From an uncultured Planctomycetia bacterium (lineage in GTDB: Bacteria > Omnitrophota > Gorgyraeia > B26-G9): 64,000 bases of DNA. Location of the stretch: NCBI GenBank assembly GCA_964437495.1, contig CAYTGV010000003.1, positions 17,910 to 81,909 of the forward strand. Reading direction: 5' to 3'. Shown here piece after piece: positions 58,201 to 64,000 of this stretch. Each line of letters begins with the position of its first letter. Within the stretch, counting starts at the first letter, position 1. The position numbers and the translations under genes were made by a program. Below the pieces are notes generated by a model. The model did no database searches. It worked only from the letters and a program-made list of their open reading frames with translations, and was not told the origin of the DNA.

Positions 58201-58615
58201 AAAGTTATGAGTTGTGAATTATGAATTATGAATAACAGGATATATTCTATAACTTATAGGGGAAAGACACAAGAATAAGGTGAATTTGTGCTATCTGAAA
58301 AAGGTTGCGTGTAGGTGAGAACAGAGGTGGGGAATTAAGGCAAATAGATAATTTTACACTCAGCATGATTTTTCCACCGCCAAAGAACGGCGAGACTAGG
58401 ACGAGGGACGTTAATTCAAGTAAAAAGGTAAGCGGTTGAGATGCCCGTATCGTTGGGAAAAGGCAACGGTGAGGGCTAAAAGCAAAAGATGGATGGCTGA
58501 TAGTAAAAGTGTTTGTTAGGATTTTTAAACGCAATACTCAATACGCGATACACAATACTATTTTTTAATAACTCATAATTCGTAATTAGTAATTCATAAC
58601 TAGTAACTGAGCATA
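58201..58615. other. GC-enriched intergenic segment flanked by imperfect AT-rich inverted repeats (ttatgaattatgaat motifs)
   Basis: 58206-58240 ttatgagttgtgaattatgaattatgaataa vs reverse complement of 58569-58610; interior about 310 bp richer in G/C than surroundings. Confidence 0.3.
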
Positions 58616-58675
58616 TTTGGCAAAATTGACTGAAATATGGTATAATTCACAATGTAAAGTTCTTAAGTTGTTATA

Positions 58676-59569
58676 ATGAGAGAAGATATGAAAAAAATAT
58701 TCAAAAAAATCATAATCAGAATGCTGATACTTATTCTTTGCCTGAGTTTACGGGTAAACTCTGTTTTGGCGCAATATCCGGTTGACAGGGTAACGCTTTC
58801 CCCAAAGATCAATATTAGCTTGGAATCTCTGCAAAATGCAATCCAGCAGGTTGGCATTGATAAGTCTCAACTTACTGTCGAAGCCTTGCCTGAATGGCTG
58901 AATCTGGAGGAACTGGAAAATCTAAAGGGACTAAAGATCACCCGTTCTATAATAACTGATCAGATTTCAACTATTGACAGTGATGAAGGTAACGAGCGCT
59001 TTGATAGGATTAAATTTAAATTTTCATATTTGGATGATGCGGGCAATGATTTTCAAGCAGGGGAGATAACTCTTTGGAAATATCATCGTCCAGAGGGAGT
59101 TCGTTTATTTTTGCACAAATCAAATCGTTTTAATGTTCGTGTGGTTAGATTTAAGCCCAATTTACCCAGAGGTAAGGCAGTTAAGGAGCCGGGAGGAAGA
59201 GTGCAAAAGGCCGGCATAGGCATCAGCATGCTTTGGTTCTTGCTTGCTCAAGAGCAAGGATGGCAGGATCAAAAAGCATTGATTTTTAATGCAGAACCGC
59301 CATCTCAAAGAGCATTCCAAAACATTAATGGTAGATGGAATAGCTTATTGTTCGTAGGAACGCCGTTTTATGCCAAAGAGCTCAGGCTGGCGCCTTTAGT
59401 GCATGTAGGTTTTAATATTCCAAAATTAACTAAAGCGCAGATGAGAATAGTTAAGGATTTCTTTGAAAATAAGGTTGATTTTATAGATGAAACTGAACAA
59501 AAAATAATTATTCCCTTTATCAACTTCCTATCTTTAAATACGCCTACTTCCATTGAAACCTCAATTTAA
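58676..59569 (+). CDS. secreted hypothetical protein (297 aa)
   Basis: Signal peptide MLILILCLSLRVNSVLA; no motif. Confidence 0.35.
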   Translation: MREDMKKIFKKIIIRMLILILCLSLRVNSVLAQYPVDRVTLSPKINISLESLQNAIQQVGIDKSQLTVEALPEWLNLEELENLKGLKITRSIITDQISTIDSDEGNERFDRIKFKFSYLDDAGNDFQAGEITLWKYHRPEGVRLFLHKSNRFNVRVVRFKPNLPRGKAVKEPGGRVQKAGIGISMLWFLLAQEQGWQDQKALIFNAEPPSQRAFQNINGRWNSLLFVGTPFYAKELRLAPLVHVGFNIPKLTKAQMRIVKDFFENKVDFIDETEQKIIIPFINFLSLNTPTSIETSI

Positions 59570-59665
59570 TTTACAAACTAATAGGTTTTTATTGTGCTAA
59601 TTATATTCAAAGAGTATAATATTTTTAATTACTAATCAGTTGTTGAAAATTAAAGGAAATAGGGA

Positions 59666-60217
59666 ATGGATAAGATCAGAGAATTAAGAGAAATTGCGAT
59701 TGCTATTGATAACTGGGATGATGTTTTTTCTGATTTTGACCCCAGGCCTCTAAGCGAACGGGTTCTTTCGGAAGATTTCATTATTGAATTGAAGCAGCGT
59801 TATCGGGAGACCAGCAAGGGGGATTTTATTGTGACCATCTGCGCGCCTCAATTCCTTGAAAACAAGAAATCCGAGCGCACAGTTGCCAAAAGGCTTAAGC
59901 GCCATTTTCTGCACAGGGCTTTAGTGCGAAAAAAAGAAAACATTCGTTTGCGTATTCGAGGTTTGGTGTTTGTATTATGCGGTATTTGTTTTCTTACTTT
60001 TCTGACTTTGGCTGCCTATTATAAATGGTTTGATGATCTAGTGATAAATATCATCAGCATTGTAGTAATGCCTTTGGGCTGGTTTGGCATCTGGGAGGGG
60101 TTTTCCAAGATAGTAGATCCATCTTCGGCATCTATACAGGATGAAAAATTTTATAATAAACTTAGCAAGGCTCAGTACCGCTTCACATATATCCCTACTA
60201 AGTCCGAACTAACTTAA
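59666..60217 (+). CDS. hypothetical membrane protein (183 aa, 2 TM)
   Basis: ORF with RBS; hydrophobic segments 105-150. Confidence 0.35.
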   Translation: MDKIRELREIAIAIDNWDDVFSDFDPRPLSERVLSEDFIIELKQRYRETSKGDFIVTICAPQFLENKKSERTVAKRLKRHFLHRALVRKKENIRLRIRGLVFVLCGICFLTFLTLAAYYKWFDDLVINIISIVVMPLGWFGIWEGFSKIVDPSSASIQDEKFYNKLSKAQYRFTYIPTKSELT

Positions 60218-60304
60218 AAACTAAAATAAAAAATTATATTGTTGGAAGTGTGGTAGGGGGGTTAGGTTTGAACTATTGACAAAGCGATTATAAATTGATT
60301 AAAT

Positions 60305-60553
60305 TTGTTTATGGCAAGACCATTAAGGATAGAATATCCAGGAGCGATATATCATGTAACAAGCCGGGGGATAGACCGGCGGAAGATATTTAATGCAGAT
60401 AAAGATTTCCGGCATCTAGTAGAGTTGTTAAAAGAAGGTGCGGATTTTTTTAGAGTGGAAGTAATCGTTTATTGTTTAATGAGCAATTACTTTTATTTTT
60501 TAATGCAGCCACTTCAAAAAAAACGATTGACATTTTTTTTATCTATGATATAA
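60305..60553 (+). pseudogene. truncated/degenerate IS200-family (Y1) / REP-associated tyrosine transposase (RAYT) remnant
   Basis: RIEYPGAIYHVTSRGIDRRKIF ... VEVIVYCLMSNYFYFLMQP matches Y1 transposase N-terminus but HxH motif degraded (NYFYF) and C-terminal catalytic Tyr region missing. Confidence 0.6.
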
Positions 60554-60588
60554 AGATATTCGAATATCTGAATAAGAAGGAGGTGAAA

Positions 60589-60873
60589 ATGATGGGTATC
60601 GATTACAGAAAAGTTTCTGATTTTTTTAATGTCTTTTCTCATCCTACTCGCGTTGAAATGGCCGCGGAATTATTGAAAGGTAAAAAATGTGTTAGTGACA
60701 TAAGAGAGCTGTTGGAGGTAAATCAACCGAATGTTTCACAGCATCTATCTTTATTAAAGTTAAATGATATTGTTGACTGGGGTCAGGAAGGAAAGAGAAA
60801 ATGTTATTTCTTAAAAAATCCTCACTTGATAAAGGACATTTTTGATGTATTGAAGAAAAATAATTTATTATAA
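60589..60873 (+). CDS. ArsR-family transcriptional regulator
   Basis: HPTRVEMAAELLKGKKCVSDIRELLEVNQPNVSQHLSLLK HTH; RBS aaggaggtg. Confidence 0.7.
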   Translation: MMGIDYRKVSDFFNVFSHPTRVEMAAELLKGKKCVSDIRELLEVNQPNVSQHLSLLKLNDIVDWGQEGKRKCYFLKNPHLIKDIFDVLKKNNLL

Positions 60874-60922
60874 TCTTGAATAAAGCCTTATCTTGTGAAG
60901 GTTTTTGATTTGGGGAGAAAAA

Positions 60923-61840
60923 ATGAAGCGAAAAGATTTAATAGTAATAGGCGCGGGGCCAGCAGGTCTTAGCGCGGGTATACATGCTGGTTATTTTGGC
61001 GTCAAGGCATTAATTTTTGAAGGAAATATCCCAGGGGGATTGGCGGCAGAAATTCCTTTATTGGAGAACTACCCAGGTCTTAAAGATGGAATTAACGGCA
61101 GCGGTTTTATTGAGATGATGATTGAGCAATGTAATAAATATAAAGCAGAGATGCATCAGTTTGAAAAAGTGGTTAAATTAGATCTTAAGGGTAAAGAAAA
61201 AATAATTAAAACAGACAAATCTGAATATATAACTGACGCAGTTATTATTGCCTCGGGCAGGATGCCAAAGACGCTTGGGGTTTCCGGTGAAGATGAATTT
61301 CGCGGTAAGGGAGTTAGCTACTGTGCTGTTTGCGACGGAGCTTTTTTTAAGGGCAAGAAGGTAATTGTAATAGGAGAAAAGAGTCCCGCTGCAGAGATTG
61401 CTGTATACTTTTCCAGTATAGCATCAAAAGTAACTTTGATATGTTTAAGGCCTCAAATAGAAGCAGAGAAGCTTCTTATAGAAAGATTGGTAGGAAAGAA
61501 AGCGGAAATTTTTAACAATGTGGAAGTAAGAGAGCTTAAAGGAGATGTTAAGATAAAAAGTATCGTTTTATCCGACAAGAATACAGGTGATATTAAAGAA
61601 ATAGAAGCTGATGGAGTATTTTTTCAGTTGGAAGAAATTCCTAATAGCCAGTTAGCAAAAAAGGCGGGGATAGAGATAAATGAAAAGGGCTATATAATTG
61701 TTGATGAAAAAGGAAGAACGAATATTAATGGAGTATACGCGGTTGGTGATGTAACTAATCATTCGGTAAAACAGGTAATTACTGCTGTTGCCCAAGCGGC
61801 TGTTGCGGTTAATGATATATTTGAGAAAAGAGATATATAA
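60923..61840 (+). CDS. trxB: thioredoxin-disulfide reductase
   Basis: DLIVIGAGPAGLSAG FAD motif, redox-active YCAVCDGAFF, second GEKSPAAEIAVY NADPH motif. Confidence 0.8.
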   Translation: MKRKDLIVIGAGPAGLSAGIHAGYFGVKALIFEGNIPGGLAAEIPLLENYPGLKDGINGSGFIEMMIEQCNKYKAEMHQFEKVVKLDLKGKEKIIKTDKSEYITDAVIIASGRMPKTLGVSGEDEFRGKGVSYCAVCDGAFFKGKKVIVIGEKSPAAEIAVYFSSIASKVTLICLRPQIEAEKLLIERLVGKKAEIFNNVEVRELKGDVKIKSIVLSDKNTGDIKEIEADGVFFQLEEIPNSQLAKKAGIEINEKGYIIVDEKGRTNINGVYAVGDVTNHSVKQVITAVAQAAVAVNDIFEKRDI

Positions 61841-61842
61841 GA

Positions 61843-63630
61843 ATGGCACAGGATAAAAAGGAAAAACGAATAGGTGTTTTTATCTGTCATTGCGGTAAAA
61901 ATATTGCCGGCGGTGTAGATATAGATTCTTTACTTGAATATTCAAAAGGGCTCCAGGACGTTGTTTTTGTCATAGATAACAAATTCTCCTGTTCTGAGGA
62001 AGGACAGGTTGCTATTCAAAACGCCATAAAAGAAAATAAATTAAATCGATTTATTGTTGTCGCTTGCAGCCCCAGCCTTCATTTAGCGACTTTTCAGCGA
62101 TGTGGAAAGAAAATGGGCGTAGAAGAGGCATTTGTAGACTTAATTGATGTCAGGAAGTGGACTATGCATAGCAGTCCCCATAAGGTTAATCATGAGAAAG
62201 CACTAGAGAATTCTACGAAACTTATTGAACAAGCTGCGAGAAGAATGCGTTTAAAACGGAGGATTCCCAAGGTTACCATAGAGGTTAATTCTTCAATTTT
62301 GGTTATTGGCGGAGGAGTCGCTGGTTTAGAGGCCTCCTTGGATTTAGCGGATAAGGGGTATAAGGTAGATCTTGTAGAAAGATTGCCGACTATTGGCGGA
62401 AAGATGGCCTTGCTTTATAAAGTGTTTCCCACAAACGATTGTGCTCCTTGCATATTAGCTCCTAAAACCGCATATGCTAATATCCATTCAAACATAAATT
62501 TGTTGATCAATTCAGAGATAATAAATGTAGAAGGCTATATAGGTAATTTTAGCGTTATGGTTAATCAAAATCCTAGATATGTTGACGAGAAAAAATGTAC
62601 CGGCTGCGGATTATGTGTTGAAAAATGTCCGATAAAGGTGATTGATAATGAATATTCAAGAGGTTTAGGTAAGCGTAAGGCAATATATATACCCTATGAC
62701 CAGGCAATACCGAAGAAAGCGATCATAGATAAACAAAATTGTCTTTATTTTCAAAAAGGTTCTTGTAAGCTATGTGAAAAAGTTTGTCCTGCTCAAGCAA
62801 TAGATTTTGAGCAGCAGCCGAAAGAGATAGCGTTAAAAGTGGGTGCGATCATTGTGGCTACGGGTTTTGATGAGTATAATCCTACTCCAAAGACTGAATA
62901 TGGGTATGGGCGTTACGGAAATGTTGTTACCCAGTTTCAATTAGCGAGGCTGTTAGACATAGATGGGCCTACAAAAGGCAGGCTTTTGAGGCCGACTGAC
63001 GGGAAGGAACCAAAGAATATTGTTATGATTCAATGCGTGGGCTCACGAGATGAAAATACGAATGGTTATTGTTCTTCAGTTTGCTGTATGTACGCCTTAA
63101 AGCACGCACAAATAATAAAGGAAATGGTTTTACCTGATAGCGAAATCTATATTTGTTATATAGATATACGTACTACAGGGAAAGGTTTTGAAGAGTATTA
63201 TAGACACACCAGGGAATTGGGTGTTAATTTTATTCGCGCCAGGCCTTCTGAGATTGTGGAAAACAGAGAGACAAAAAATCTTATTTTAAAAGTAGAAGAT
63301 CCTGATATTGGCGCGCTTATTGAGCTGGAAGCGGATTTAGTAGTATTATCTTCTGCCACAGTTCCATCCCGGGGGACAAGAGAACTTTCAGAGATTTTAC
63401 GTTTAAATTTAGATGAGAATGGATTTTTTAAGGAAGTTCATCCCAAGCTTCGTCCGGTAGAAACGAATGTCCGGGGAATTTATATCTGCGGTTCTGCGCA
63501 GGGACCAAAAGATATTCCTGATTCAATCGTGCAGGCAAAAGCCGCGGCTTCTTGCGTGGATACTGAGTTAAGAAAAGGTAAGATAGAACTTCCTGAGGTT
63601 GTAGTAAATTCCGTTAAAATTTTGCATTAA
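61843..63630 (+). CDS. HdrA-like FAD-dependent heterodisulfide-reductase-family flavoprotein with [4Fe-4S] ferredoxin domains
   Basis: RIGVFICHCGKNIAG N-terminal HdrA motif, VLVIGGGVAGLEAS FAD motif, two CxxCxxCxxxCP clusters (CTGCGLCVEKCP, CKLCEKVCP). Confidence 0.75.
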   Translation: MAQDKKEKRIGVFICHCGKNIAGGVDIDSLLEYSKGLQDVVFVIDNKFSCSEEGQVAIQNAIKENKLNRFIVVACSPSLHLATFQRCGKKMGVEEAFVDLIDVRKWTMHSSPHKVNHEKALENSTKLIEQAARRMRLKRRIPKVTIEVNSSILVIGGGVAGLEASLDLADKGYKVDLVERLPTIGGKMALLYKVFPTNDCAPCILAPKTAYANIHSNINLLINSEIINVEGYIGNFSVMVNQNPRYVDEKKCTGCGLCVEKCPIKVIDNEYSRGLGKRKAIYIPYDQAIPKKAIIDKQNCLYFQKGSCKLCEKVCPAQAIDFEQQPKEIALKVGAIIVATGFDEYNPTPKTEYGYGRYGNVVTQFQLARLLDIDGPTKGRLLRPTDGKEPKNIVMIQCVGSRDENTNGYCSSVCCMYALKHAQIIKEMVLPDSEIYICYIDIRTTGKGFEEYYRHTRELGVNFIRARPSEIVENRETKNLILKVEDPDIGALIELEADLVVLSSATVPSRGTRELSEILRLNLDENGFFKEVHPKLRPVETNVRGIYICGSAQGPKDIPDSIVQAKAAASCVDTELRKGKIELPEVVVNSVKILH

Positions 63631-63694
63631 AGGCGCGACAGTTATATTGGATGAGGGGGTAAAACAAAAAAGGAAAATTAAGGAGGTATTAATT

Positions 63695-63970
63695 GTGGCA
63701 GAGGTTTATGTAGAGGAATTTATGTCCCCGGGATGCACAGGGTGCCCGGCAGCAAGGCAGATGCTTAAAGAATTATCTGAAGAGTTAGAGGGTGAGATGA
63801 CAGTGGAGGAAGTGGATATAACTGTTGATACTACTAGAGCGGCAGAGTACGGTATTATGTCAGTTCCCTCCATAGTTATTAATGGCGTGCTTAAATTTAC
63901 GGGGGTGCCGAAGAAAGAAGAATTGAAAAAAGCACTTGAGGAAGAATTTGAGACGGATGAACCCAGTTAG
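63695..63970 (+). CDS. thioredoxin/glutaredoxin-fold small redox protein (CxxC: CTGCP)
   Basis: FMSPGCTGCPAARQMLKEL active-site context; GTG start with RBS aaggagg 8 nt upstream. Confidence 0.55.
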   Translation: MAEVYVEEFMSPGCTGCPAARQMLKELSEELEGEMTVEEVDITVDTTRAAEYGIMSVPSIVINGVLKFTGVPKKEELKKALEEEFETDEPS

Positions 63971-64000
63971 ATCTGAACAAAAAAAGTCTAATGGGGTAAT

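Noticed and set aside
1-64000. CRISPR arrays, rRNA genes, tRNA genes
   Set aside because: No regularly spaced direct repeats with unique spacers; no long rRNA-like GC-rich stretches; no sequence with tRNA T-loop (GTTCRANYC) plus acceptor pairing found on visual scan.

Overview
This is a low-GC bacterial chromosomal segment read with the standard code: TGA is a stop (for example the miaB stop overlaps the next ATG as ATGA).

First 26 kb (all + strand): housekeeping and transport operons.
- UbiA/MenA-type prenyltransferase followed by an NDH-2-like flavoprotein.
- ArsR regulator, permease and small thioredoxin-like protein.
- XRE-cupin regulator and an M20-like peptidase.
- Two tandem acetate-kinase family genes.
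- Two PNPOx-like FMN-binding proteins and a secreted GH26-like hydrolase.
- TetR regulator with TolC, membrane-fusion protein and RND pump.
- TrkA and TrkH.
- TsaA.
- BI-1/YccA-like membrane protein, MscS, MarC family protein, CorA and LapA-like protein.
- DnaJ-domain protein.
- An unannotated 39-aa desulforedoxin.

Inserted island (~26358-45569, ~19.2 kb): a GC-rich-bounded element lies in the first codons of the tRNA-modification gene miaB.
- At the left junction sits a host miaB 5' remnant, MNRKFYIKTFG followed by a stop.
- At the right junction a large serine recombinase gene abuts an element-borne replacement promoter and N-terminus that restore an intact miaB.
- The island carries two leaderless-looking operons of defence-like cargo.
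- Cargo: a DUF1016N-SNase nuclease fusion; an AbrB-like protein, a 148-aa unknown and a DUF1828/1829 module.
- Cargo: a PLD-SNF2 helicase fusion with a ~1170-aa PglX/MmeI-like N6-adenine methyltransferase, forming an atypical RM-like pair.
- Cargo: an excisionase-like HTH protein, a 534-aa membrane-anchored unknown and a 293-aa unknown.
- Cargo: an HEPN (TIGR02391-like) protein and a PHP + ABC-ATPase protein of the Ppl type that is split by a single in-frame TGA.
- An internal inverted copy of the element junction (attP-like: miaB-5' segment plus element left end) points to a composite or tandem element, or an inversion.

Downstream of the island:
- miaB carries two in-frame microsatellite insertions.
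- TPR/SPOR-domain protein and miaA.
- Glycosyltransferase-like protein and a large secreted unknown.
- surA-pdxA-rsmA operon (- strand) and a short Mfd-like helicase (- strand).
- IS200/RAYT transposase remnant.
- ArsR, TrxB, HdrA-like protein and a thioredoxin-like protein forming a redox cluster.

No rRNA, confident tRNA or CRISPR array was seen.
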